A stretch of 64,000 bases of DNA, from contig NW_027271069.1 of the NCBI RefSeq assembly GCF_040938485.1, forward strand, positions 3,968,001 through 4,032,000, written 5' to 3'. The position numbers and the translations under genes are program-made. Of this stretch, positions 46,849 to 58,894 are shown piece after piece. The notes beneath the pieces are model-generated. The model made no database searches, was not told the origin of the DNA, and saw nothing but the letters and a program-made list of their open reading frames with translations. Positions within the stretch are counted from its first letter, which is position 1; the number at the start of each line of letters is the position of its first letter. Source of the DNA: Diadema antillarum. Lineage: Eukaryota.

Positions 46849-49800
46849 TCAGGGACAAAACTGAACATTTTCGCGACCTTTGGTGTTTTTCCGCAGAAAG
46901 ACCACCTTGTCAAAGGCGAGATTGTCATTGGTCTGTCTAGTCCATTCGCCAGGTAGATTCTTGTAGATAAGAATTGCCAGGATGGATGCGTCGAACCTGT
47001 GTTTTGGCGTTCGCGCCCCCTCGGGTCGTATACACCTCTTCTCGAGCGCACATTTCAGCATCGGCTGAACGATGCTGCGTTGGATAATGGAACTGTTGAT
47101 GTATAGCTGCCGATTTGCAGCTGCGTGGGGTGCCATATCTAGTGATAAGTAGTACTGAGTTCTGTTCACTCCGAGGTTGTCATAGAGCGCGGAATGGGTA
47201 TAAAAGTACTGATGTCGGATTTCTTCTTTCACCTTTGGGTCGAATCCATGGAAGTGAGTGAGGTAGCCGTGATGCTTTAAGGCGACGGGAAGAATTTTCC
47301 TCAGAGAAGCTTTTAGGCGGATCGATGAATCGCCCCAAAATATGACTCCAAATTCTTTCAGTGCCATCTGCCAAAAGTCAATAGAAAAAAGAAAGAAAGA
47401 AAGATGATACTCTTGAATCAAAGTATAGGCCTACTTTTCTGAGTAATGTATACATGTACTCCCTCGTGTCATTAGCCAAAGTCAATCGATCATGCACTGG
47501 CAGCAGATTGCTTTAATATTGCTAGATTGTATTTTGAATTTTCTTTTAAATAAGTAAACAAATACAACATCCACTAGCGCTAAAAAGCTTTCGACTTTCT
47601 GAATAATGTGTTTATCTGGTATTAGTAACAGGTAATTATTTACACATTTCTTTAGCAGGGTTTTGGAAGTAGAAGGGATGGGAATAATTTTATGTTAATG
47701 GAATTTGAGAGTCTGTCGCAGAGAGTTTTAAATCGCTCAAATCAGGAAATCGTTGACTTCGTCAGGCTTTCGCTCAGACGAGTCACAATTTTCGGCCTCC
47801 TGCACGCCGCTGTTGGCCCTCGAGTTCTCTGACGTAGCACATTGGATTTTTTTTTTTTTAAATTGATAATGCATACTGAATTCTCAGATGTTGCACGATG
47901 ACTCACATCAATAATGATTGGCTTCCAGGCGTACGTCAGAAGGTGTCTCACGTGATCCGGGTAGCGGTGGAAGGGAAACTTGCGCAGCTCCACGTTACAT
48001 AACAGTTTGACCTGCGGATAGCAAAGTGACAGAAAGGGGATACCGTGAACTAAAGATGCACCTTGTCCATATTGTGTACGTATGCTATACAAGGCACCCC
48101 CAAATATCTCATGGTTGAGATATATTTTGTCAAACATCAGTTTACTGTGCTTCAGGATTCTTACTTAGGTATTATTTACACTGAAGGCAACTGTTCTGCG
48201 AAATGGCGCAAAGGATCAGGGGCCCGTTTCATAAAACTTGTCATCAGTGACAAGTTGTCATAGATGTGACAAGCTACTGAAATCCTTGCGCCTGATTGGC
48301 TGAGAGCAAATTTGTCATTGAAATGTGGCAGTTGTCACTGATGACAAGTTTTATGAAACGGGCCCCAGGACATGATTTTAAAAATATACGCATGTATAGA
48401 CACTTTTTCCACTCCTGAAAAGAGGTTCTGTCCTCACTACAGGCATTGGTCTTTGCCAGTTGGACAAAATTGTATAATTTGTGTGATTTGCTGCATTAAG
48501 GTTACGGTCAGAATGGCAATAATATGTAATAAATCTGGAAATAAGAATTTTATGTCAGAAATCTTTAAGTGACTTATATTGGTCAGTTCTGCTTACAGGA
48601 AGTGAGTGTGTCTTCATAACCATTTATTGGAATTAACAGAGTCTAGAAGTATTTTCTGTGCCTGCCGTTACTGGCTTTCAAGGGAGATCCGGACACATTT
48701 GGGAAAAAATACCGATATACAAACATATACTTCAAAACTGCTATGGTAATGTGTAAAAACAACAACTTGAATGTAGACTTTTTGCAATATTTTGTATTTC
48801 ATGAGATGCTTCAGAACTGAGATATGAATCTGTTCTTTGCAATACATTGCAAGACGTCCATTCTACCGGAATCTTCCATCCCAAAAAAAGGAGGGGGAGG
48901 GTCGACATTGAATTTTTCATATCGTGTACATCATAATGGCTGATTTCAAAGTCTGAGAATAGGGATCCTATTTTTATGCCTCCGCAACGAAGTGGCCGGA
49001 GGCATTATGTTTTCGGGTCGTCCGTCCGTCCGTCCGTCCGTCCGTCCGTCCGTCCGTCCGTCCCGTTTTGTTTTTGTCGATATCTCAAGAACCGTGTGAT
49101 GGTTTTACATCAAACTTGGTATGAGGGTATATCCTTGGGGGATAATACTTTGTGTGGATTTTAGGGTCACAGGGTCAAAGGTCAAAGGTCACAGGTTATT
49201 TTGTGAAAAAAAGATTGAAATTTCATGTTTTTCTCCATATCTCGCAAATGGTTCAAGGTATCTTCATGGAACTTAGTATATTATGCTTGTACCGATGGGC
49301 AGTGATTATCTAGGGAAGTTGGGGGTCATGGGTCAAAGGTCAGGGGTCAAAGGTCAAGGTCAACTCCTCAAAATATCACTACTTTCCTTAAAATGCAATA
49401 TGCCTGAAGGTTTTTTTTTTCTTTTTAACTTGATGTATGGCATGTATTACCCAATATATATTTTTGGGGAAGTTTCTTGCCAAAAGGTCAGAGGTTAAAA
49501 GGTAAAAGGTCAAGTGAAAGTGCTAAATTGCACTTTTTCCTCCATATCTCGAAAGTAACTCAAGGTATCATCATGAAACTTACATATTTATGCATGTTCA
49601 ACCTAACAGTGATTCTCTTTGGAACTGTGAGGTCAAAGGTCAAAGGCCAGGTTTAGATAATGCTATTTTCCCATTTGATACTGAAATTATACTTATTCTC
49701 AATACCTTGAAAATTACTCAATTAATGCATAAACTTATAAAAGGGTCAAAAGTCAAGTAAAAATCATCAGTTCCCCAAATACCTGCACTCTGACATTTTA

Positions 49801-51299
49801 ATCATTCATCCAATTGAACCTAGTTCTAGGAAAGTGAACATTCAGCACATTTGTGTCAAACCTGTCATTTTAATATTTTGCCAATTGTGTGAAACTGTCA
49901 TCACACATTGTCAAGACATTGTACTATAGACCTATTAGGAGAACCATGCATTATGGCGGAGGCATATCAGTAGCCGTAGCGATATATCTAGTTGGTGTAT
50001 AGTGTTTGCAAATCGCAGTAACAATCCAAACTGACACCAAAATAAAGAAAGACGGTGCCAACATGCATTCCCTTATCCTTATAAAGGGATTTCACTCACC
50101 GTTGTTCATGGATAAGTCTAGATTGCCGAGTATATTTCTCACCAGTCATAAACTTTAAAAGTCAAGGTCTTTGAAATATAAGTGTGCCAAGATCCTGAAA
50201 GCCAATAATAGTCTATAAAACCGCATCCGCACTGTATGAATCAAAGTTGCGCTTTGTGTTCATTGTTCGTCATGTCGGATTGTCCTTGCCAACTATATGA
50301 AGATAATCCAGGCTCAGAGCCCTATATAAATATAATTAATAATGACCCTGCCTCTTGTTTTGACATTCTTGACGAAGTACACAGCAGTTCAGTTTTGTAT
50401 ATGCTTCAAAAACTGCTGTGTTCAGTTTGAATACCCCTGTGTGTTCGAGTGCGTTTCATCGCGCTTGTGTGTTTGTTTTTCACTATGATTACACCTTTTT
50501 TGTAACCCTTTGCAATGACACACGCACCCAAAGTCCAAAGTACAAATGAAAGACGAAGATTGTCCTCGATTGTTGAGTAGTCTAGGTATATGGCGAATAG
50601 GCCTATATACTGGGAAATGCACTTGTTTATAATGAAGCTGCAATGACATCATGAAATATAAGGTGTCCTGGTAGAAATAACTGTAGTCTCCTGTTGGACT
50701 CTAGTCCTCACTCAAAAGGAAAATGTGATATTTATATCGGTAAGTTTGTGTGTCTGTTAAGTCACTCTAAACTAAGTTTGATTAAGATTGTATGATGCTC
50801 CCGGAAAACAATGATAAACAGATAACAACAACAATAAGGAAGAAAGATAAAGATCGTTAGAAGACAGTGTTTCATGACGATGATGCCGCAAACGTCATTT
50901 TTATTTATTCTAAAGAATCAAACATTGCTGGCGGGCACTAAAATTGAAAGCCGGAAAGAATATTTTGTGAAGCCTCGTTCTCCTAGAGATGGATTTTTTT
51001 TTCCCAACGGGCAAAATTATAACTTTCAAACGCACCTTTGGGCGGACGGTTTTATTGAGGCCGAGATCGTAGACTATGATCTTCTTGTCGGGCATAAACT
51101 TTTGTAGGGATGCGATCCATGGCAACGCCTCTTCGTAGTGATTGGATGAGATGGCTGTAACCACGCCCAGACGGCGGTACAACTCGTCGATTGACGGGAC
51201 TGCCTTATCTATATCCAAGGGTTCAGGCTGCAAGTCGAATTCAATCATAAAAATGGCAATAAACAACAACGACGACAAATATAATGTGCTTCGTGGCAT
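46849..51299 (-). CDS. DUF1647-like type II membrane protein, paralog 1 (295 aa, 3 exons)
   Basis: Exons 51299-51036, 48011-47907, 47367-46849, with phase-0 GT-AG introns. N-terminal hydrophobic anchor, VTAISSNHY, IIVYDLGL, FPFHRYPDHVRHLLTYAWKPIII, FWGDSSIR, HRFDASIL. Family recalled, not searched; the start codon is the best candidate. Confidence 0.8.
48220..48365. mobile_element. Harbinger-type MITE with CAG TSD
   Basis: CAG|GGGCCCGTTTCATAAAACTTGTCATCAGTGACAA ... TTGTCACTGATGACAAGTTTTATGAAACGGGCCC|CAG. Confidence 0.85.
48976..49991 (+). mobile_element. HINE/DINE-1-like Helentron derivative, same family as 14248-15714
   Basis: TTTTT|ATGCCTCCGC..CGGAGGCAT hairpin, (GTCC)n, TGACC/GGTCA-rich body, GCGGAGGCAT subTIR, degenerate terminal hairpin, CTAG|TT. 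Confidence 0.8.
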
Positions 51300-51402
51300 T
51301 TTATCAGTAAACCAAAATGTGTCAGTCGCTGATGTAACGACGTATCAATATCGCTTGTTGTTTTGCTTTAAATGATAATCGCAGAAATTTTCCCTACTTA
51401 GT

Positions 51403-52020
51403 TTGGTAAGTGTTCATTATTGTCGTACAGAGTACAATTTTTCTTCTCATGCCAAGAAACATTCTTTCAATACTAGAAGTAAACAATGCTATATTTTACC
51501 ATTTTATCGTCTGAAAATCAGTCAGTCCAACTCAATAAAGTACAAAGGGGCTAAATTGTGGAATTTGTTAAGCATGAAACTGAAATCTGTTAACACATTG
51601 AATCTTTTTATGACTCAATATAAGCAGCTTCTTCTTAATCTGTATTGATTAATGTTTATTATATATGAATGAATGATGAATAATTGTGCAATTCCCATAC
51701 AAACCTTTGACAATTACTCTGCATGTTTGTTTTGTTTTTCATTGTATTGTATTATATCGTATTAGTTCAGTTGTTGTTTTGTTTCCTGTCTCCTGTCTCT
51801 ATCATAATGTATTGTTGATTTCGTAACGGCCTCTAATCTAAGTTCTGTTTTAATATATATATATGTTTCATTCAAAACTGTGATTTTTAACTATATTGTA
51901 AAGGAAATCTCCATTTCCAAGCCCTAGGCTTTTGTGTGATTTCCTCCTTTGACTCACACATTTATGTAAATATTTTATATGTGATTTTATGAAATGAATA
52001 AATTGAATTTAATTGAATTG
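51403..52020 (+). mobile_element. CR1/L2-group LINE 3' end
   Basis: HSFNTRSK...SIKYKGAKLWNLL...LNLFMTQYKQLLLNLY*, then a 3' UTR ending AATAAA(TTGAA)n. Confidence 0.75.
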
Positions 52021-55000
52021 AAAACAGGAACCCTTGGAAGCTGATACTGGTCGGTTTACGTGGAAATCAGTATGCAGTGTATATGTATAAGACTCGAGTA
52101 ATGAGACAAACCTTGAACAGGCCGAAAAATGCTTTTAAATAAAGTTGTTTATAAGCTTAAAGAAATAAGACAAAAAGCGAAAGGGCAAGCAAACGAGAGA
52201 CAGAAATAAATTCAAAACACAGTGTTACCTTTTCCCCTATTTTTGTTTGTTTTCAAAATCTTTCCAATTGACTGTGCGTGTGCTTTTTGTGGTCAACTTA
52301 CATAATACAGTGTACAGCGTATTTCGAAAGGGGTTACACTTTTCATCCCTGTCTTCTGTTATTTTTCTGTTGTTTTAATTTTACTTCTATATAATGATAA
52401 AAGCCAACGTGAGAATAGTGTGGATATTCCTTCTCGCTAATAAGAGAAGGGTTTTTATATTAAAAAAAAAGAGAAAGAGAGAAATCGCTGAATTGAGAGA
52501 TATGTTTATGCCTAGGAAGAAGGTACTAAAGAGTCTGCAAGTAGGTGTTTAACAAAGGGGGTTTATAATACGAGTATACTATTTGTGGTGAGGAAAACCT
52601 CTTTGGTGTATAACCATCGGATATGTGTGTCAATGTGGTTCATGACTCACGAACAGCGTGTCTTTTACAGATCTCGCACGTGATTTTAGCCCAGCGGACG
52701 AATTCAACATGCCTCTCACCGCAGCCAGTCCGCAGCCTGTAAACACGGCCTCACTTTGAGAAAGAGAATTCAGTGCGTTGTCAGGCGTCTCCAGACCTTC
52801 AGAAAGATACATTGGAGGAGGAAAAAGCAGTAATACTTACTTGAGGCTCCTTATATCATAACCAAACACTAACGAATGGCTAATTGCATTTTTCATGAAT
52901 AGGGCAAAAGATAAACATGGACTTATCATGCGATAGAATCAAACAATGAAAAATACACACTATATACATGCATGGCGGAATCTGTTGCTGTTAAAGAATC
53001 AACAACAAACTATTACACGTGCACAAATTAAAAAAAAAAAACTTTAAACAAAGTTAACTTGATAAGTTCCATCAACTAACTCTATAATCATAGAAATTGT
53101 AATATCAGAAAGTGGATGGTTTGAGATGTATATGCTGCATTGACAAGACATAATATTCTCGGTTTACTGGAGAAAATTCCTGAAGAGGTTCTATAGATCC
53201 CTAGATCGTTTCTGTAACAAAGAGGAGGAATAAAATGCTTATTAATTTCCGTAACACTTTGAATGGAACGATTGCTATATATTTTTAGTTTAAAAAAGGG
53301 AGGTATACTATTGTAAAACATTGCAGATACATGTAAGTAGGCCTAATTCTATATACTACAATCGCATAGATAACTAACTCTTCATGGTTATGGTGCAAAA
53401 TTTTGGTATTAGTGATATGCGTTGATATAGTACTTACACAGCTCATCAATGAGTTTTGTCGTGTTTGAAGCAAACAGATGTATGAGAACGACGCAAAGGA
53501 ATGCAAATGAAAAGAGATAGGAAAATCCCCGCGTGTATCTGTGGCGACACCTGTAATATATTGATATAAAATAGGAAGAAAATGAGTCGCATTTATTCTT
53601 GAGTGAGATGCACAGCGCGAAATTAAAGGAGCCTTGAAAATAATTAGTGCGTAATAATTGACTACATAACTGTTATCATATCTATCTCGTGTAGACTTTC
53701 CAGGAACGTTGAATTAGTTGGGAGGTACTATGTCAAGTATGATCAACACAGCTTTGTATAAGCAAACTATGATAATAAAAATATGTAATAACATAAAGAC
53801 GTGATTAAGAGGTTGTTATCAAAGCATCCGTCATAGGCGTCTATTCCATTTTCAGGTAATGAAATAATGATTTACTTTGTATTTACAGATACAACATAAG
53901 GGCTACACTTCCTAGAATATTCTGTAGTCTGGGTCTGTATAGTGTACGAGGACAGACATCAGTTTTGTTTTAAAAAAAATACAATTAGTAGTACAGCAAA
54001 AAGTTAAAATTGCAACACGATATGTTAAAAATATGGGATGGACAGAAATATACTGTGATTAGAAGTGTAAGCGTTCAATCATTGTATTTTTTTTAGGGTT
54101 GATGTAGGAAATGAGTACTGATTAACGTACAGACGATGCAACAACATTACTGTTCATATTGCTTTAAAAGTATAATGGGTACTCACATGTTCATGATAGC
54201 GCTCTTACGACGTAATCCAATGTTGTACTGTAGGATAGCCTACACGTTGATGTTGTTGTATAGGCGAGGAGAAAAACAAGTTGAGACATTATTCGTATGA
54301 CGATGTGTTCACAAGACAAAATAATGTTGTTCCTACGATGGCAAAGACTCATTCAGGACCAGTGCAAAGGAAAAGAGGGATTATTGGGATGCCAACTCTG
54401 CAGAAGACATTAAATCTCCCTAATTAGGTGGTTGCCAGTAGCACAACCGATATAGGTCTGAAGGAAGATCACGATGGAAGGTCATGCAGCGGCCGCCTTA
54501 AGTAAATCTGAAGAGAAGGGAGCACCTGAACTTGAAAGGTGATGTGGCTGTTATCTCTTCGTCAATCAGATAATGGGAAATGAGAATTTGTCGCCGCTTG
54601 CGGCACCAACAACTATGACGCCTGCAGTGTGTTCACATTGTCAGTGTCCGTCGACAGACACAATGTATGATGCTCGGCAGCCGACCTTTCGATGAAGGTG
54701 CGCGGGAAAGACACCGGCATGGTTGCCGTATGTTTTCATCACTTAGTTTATGGGAAGTTGGGATTTCTTGGCTTTTGAGGTGGCGGTGGACTCTAAACAT
54801 GGCACACGTGTGTTCACATTGTGTCCAATGATGACACAGCTAGTGCTCTTTATAGCGACCGTCCAACAAACATGGAAGGGGAGAATTAAGGCAGGGCTTA
54901 TCAGAGCTTGATCAGATAAGTGACGTACGCTAAACATTATACTCATTAGTCCCCGATGGATGTATATATCGGTCTACCCATCCAATGGATTCAAAGGCGT

Positions 55001-55806
55001 TTTACTATTATTAGAGAAGTTCAATGCCTCTATAAAATCAGCACTATATGTGACTGTAGATGTTCTGGCGGCGAGAAATAAACATAGTTTATGACTGTTT
55101 TTTTTTTTGGGGGGGGGGGGGCAGTGTGTGCAGCGTCAGTTGCAATTATTAGGCTCTTGATATATAGATATCACACAGATATAGCCATATTTTGTGAATC
55201 AAGAATTAAAGCCATTTATATGATTACTGTTGTGAGGTTTAGTATAAAATTTACCTTTCTAACTCTGGGCGTTAAGGATGTGTATTTGATATAAATACTG
55301 CCGTATTCTGAAACCATATCATAGGAATCTCTGTAAAATTGTACATTTTATAAATCATTCATCATTTTCGAATGTCCCATGACACTAAAGTATAATTTCA
55401 ATCGCGGATACAAGAAGAATGATATGACGCAATGCGCAAGAAGGCTAGTTTCGGGGGGGGGGGGGGGGTGACACCCCAGAGCTCAATCTCGCACCTGCCA
55501 ATAGAATGGACCGTTTTATATTATATCTCGTGTCTTCACAAAGGTACTGAAACATGAGTTCCTATATGAACGGAGCTTGAGCAGGTGAAAACAGCTCTCG
55601 AAACGTTCAGGATTGAAGTGAAATAAGCTGGAGGGATTACTTAACTTTGGGTTTAATAAGGAAAAGGGTTTTGAACTGAAAGCCCGACGTAAAGCACAGT
55701 CCAGGAGCATCCAGTTACTGGTTATGAATTAGAGCTTCTGTATATGGACGGGAAATTGCGCACATTATGCAAACTCGCAGTTTACCCATCCGCTGGTCGA
55801 CTAAGG

Positions 55807-56350
55807 TTCGGGTGATGTTCATTAATTCCGAACCCGAAATTGAAATAAAGTTCGTTATTAATCCGAAATATAAAAGGAGGTGCTTATTACTAACCAGCTT
55901 TTGGGATTACGAACCTTGTGTCATTTTCATTTCATTTCATTTCTTCTTTATTTACTTCATGAAAAGTACAATAATTATGCTAAAAGGATTCAAAGGCACA
56001 ATTTCATAAAACATGTACAATGAGGCCAAAAAACCCCCAACACCCCATACCCCCCCCCCAAAAAAAAAAAGAATGAATAAATAAAAATCTTGATATTGAG
56101 GTGTTACAGCGAAAATCATATTCTCGGTCATGTCGAGCGTTCCAAGAGCATCGCTAAGTCCCCCGTAGACACCCACATCCTCACCACAACATACCGCCCT
56201 GGCCACCAGACTCGAGAAAACACACCATCAACGCTCAAGCCCCCAACAGACCGTTGTACTGCGTTTTTGTCACGTTTTCTTCGGATTAACAAACCTTAAC
56301 GAATGGACGTCGTTTCATCTTCAGATTAACGAACCTTCGGAATAAGGAAC
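55807..56350. repeat. Small degenerate inverted pair of the TTCGGA/ACGAACC minisatellite family
   Basis: GTTCGTTATTAATCCGAAA orientation at about 55810-55870; TTCGGATTAAC/ACGAACCTTCGGAATAA orientation at about 56280-56350. Confidence 0.5.
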
Positions 56351-56693
56351 TGTGGTGTCTTTGAGAGTAATATGACAACTGTGGCGCCATTTTCTTTTTT
56401 CTTTTTTTTTTGCTCTTCTTATTTGCTATGAAGACATGAAAAACAAAAGAGAAAAACAAACTCAATGTGATTCTTTTTTTATGGAAGTGGGTTCATCACA
56501 ATTTGAACTAGTCAAGTTTCAAGATAATATACAGAGCATCACCTTCAGTACAATATATTATCAATTACGAATTTTGTCAAATTAACTGGTATGCCATCGC
56601 TACATCTCGAAGGCAATTTGTTATAACAGTAACTTTGAATCAATTTTGAAGTACACACGAAAGAGATTTTCTCTTTGGTACAATCATACACAC

Positions 56694-56824
56694 NNNNNNN
56701 NNNNNNNNNNNNNNNNNNNNNNNNNNNNNNNNNNNNNNNNNNNNNNNNNNNNNNNNNNNNNNNNNNNNNNNNNNNNNNNNNNNNNNNNNNNNNNNNNNNN
56801 NNNNNNNNNNNNNNNNNNNNNNNN
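56694..56824. other. Assembly gap (131 N) next to CA/CT microsatellite
   Basis: N run. Confidence 1.
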
Positions 56825-57346
56825 CACTCTCCCCCATCTCTCTCTCTCACTCTCCCCCATCTCTCTCTCTCTCTCTCTCTCCATTTTTCACTTCCCTTCA
56901 TCCCCATCTTGTTCCCCTTGAGATAGCATTTTCAAAATATCCATATTATCATATATATTTGTCACTTTTTTTTTGAAAAAAAAAACCCGGCATTTTATCT
57001 TCTCATTGCATACATCGACACATCGTTGTAATGGATACGCGTCATGTAATACCGAATGCAGTCATTATAGATTCTTATTTCGTAAGTTTCAAACCACATT
57101 ATGTGATAGACATAAGGAGCATTGTAATGTTACGTGAGACCCTAACATAAACTAACGAATAAATGAAATACAAGCGAAATATCTTTAAAAAGCTTCGTTT
57201 ATTTCTTAACTGATACAGCCTTCGCACCAAGTCGCCTATTGTCCATTAAATCATCTAGTTGTGCTTCTTGTGGCACCTGCTTTCTTCTAAAAGCGAATCA
57301 AAACATTAAGTCACAAACGTCGTAAAACTTAAAAACACCAGTATAG

Positions 57347-57836
57347 AAGGAATTCCAGTGCAGCAGAAAATTAGTCTGAAAAGAGAGGGCTTTTTCTAGC
57401 AAAACAATGAAAATTTGATTAAAATCGGATGAAAATAGGTATAGGTTGTACATAGAATTTTGAAATTTCTACTCCTTTTTTCACTCAAGCACAATCACGC
57501 CCAGGTCTCGTATCCTGATATATCTAACTGGTCATTATTCTGGCGTTATTCAACCAAGAATAACATTATGTTTTACACTTTGATAACAGAAACACTGATT
57601 TTTTCGTGTTGTTTTTCTTTTTTTACATGATCAATTTCTACAGAGAGTTATGAGATATTGATGTCACTAGCTCACTCATTTGCATATTCATGTCAAATGC
57701 ACAAGAACTGCTCTTCCAAAATTAGCGAAACCTTCTTAATTTGTATCCAATTTCGATCAAATTATCACTGTTGCACTCGTCAGATTTTTACTCTTTCTTG
57801 TCAGACTAACTTATATCTGGACGGGATTCCTCTTTG
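57347..57836. mobile_element. Degenerate MITE (Kolobok-like ends)
   Basis: AAGGAATTCCAG...AATTAGTCTGA versus TCAGACTAACT...GGATTCCTCTTT imperfect TIRs. Confidence 0.45.
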
Positions 57837-58894
57837 AACTGATCGAAGTTTGCTTTTGGCTTTTGACAGAACCTCACTTCACTATACGCGAGGCGAATTT
57901 CGGATGCTGTCAAACCCATTACTTTGCTTTGCCATGGAAATAAGCATGGTTTCGAGTCAACTGACCAAAATACTTTGTATATTATCATTTATGATACAAA
58001 TTATTCACATTTTTGTTTGTTTTTTACTGAGGAGGCCCTGCGAATCTTCGCACGTTCATTGCTATACCACGCACCAAAGCAAGCACGATATAAGGAGTAT
58101 AAATCAGGTTAGACATTTGCCAAGTTCCATCTACACATCTGGACGGTCACAATCAACAATCGAGAGCTGAGATAATTACCTGGATACCTGACAACAAGAG
58201 ATGGCGCCCTGTTAGTTTGTTGGCCAAAACGTCCTGGACGTTCTATGACAAGGCACTGTGGATTTTAGTTGTATCAGTTTTATATCACCAAGAACAACAA
58301 CAACAAAAAAGGACAACCAAAACCATCACATTATACCACACCTAGACTTTCACACAGTATAAGTGTCATGAATGACGTTGTTAATAGATACCATCCTGTC
58401 TAATCCTAAAAACTGGGTATTTATCGAGTTATGACATACTAAGTATTGATCAAAATAACGATCAGTACCCAACCTATAGTTCTAAAATGTAACAGTAAAA
58501 AACAAAAAGTATGAGTTCGCTCCACGAAAAAGTCATCCAGTAATACAACCAAAAAAAAAAATGGACTTTAAAGAATTTGAAAGAAATAACAAAAAGTAAC
58601 AGAAATAATTGCACTTCTCCTGCCGAGCCCAAACGAAGACGTATTACTTTGTCATGGTGGTACACCTTCCGTCTACGAAATAAAAAGTTTAAGGCTGTAA
58701 GTCATGATCAAACTAAAGTTTTCCTTTGACTAATGAAAGAAACTATAAGCTATCTTCCATAATCACCGGGTCTTTCTATATGCCACAGACTTTAAAGTAG
58801 TTCTTCATGATATTTACAAACAGCTGGAAAATGAAATAAACTACATTTTTTTCTTCAAGTTTTTTTTTTTGTTGTGTTTTGTTTTTAGTACCGT

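Noticed and set aside
52630-52812. Coding exon extending DUF1647 paralog 1
   Set aside because: Splicing to the nearest plausible acceptor puts it out of frame with the anchor-encoding ATG; it is kept only as a possible UTR exon.
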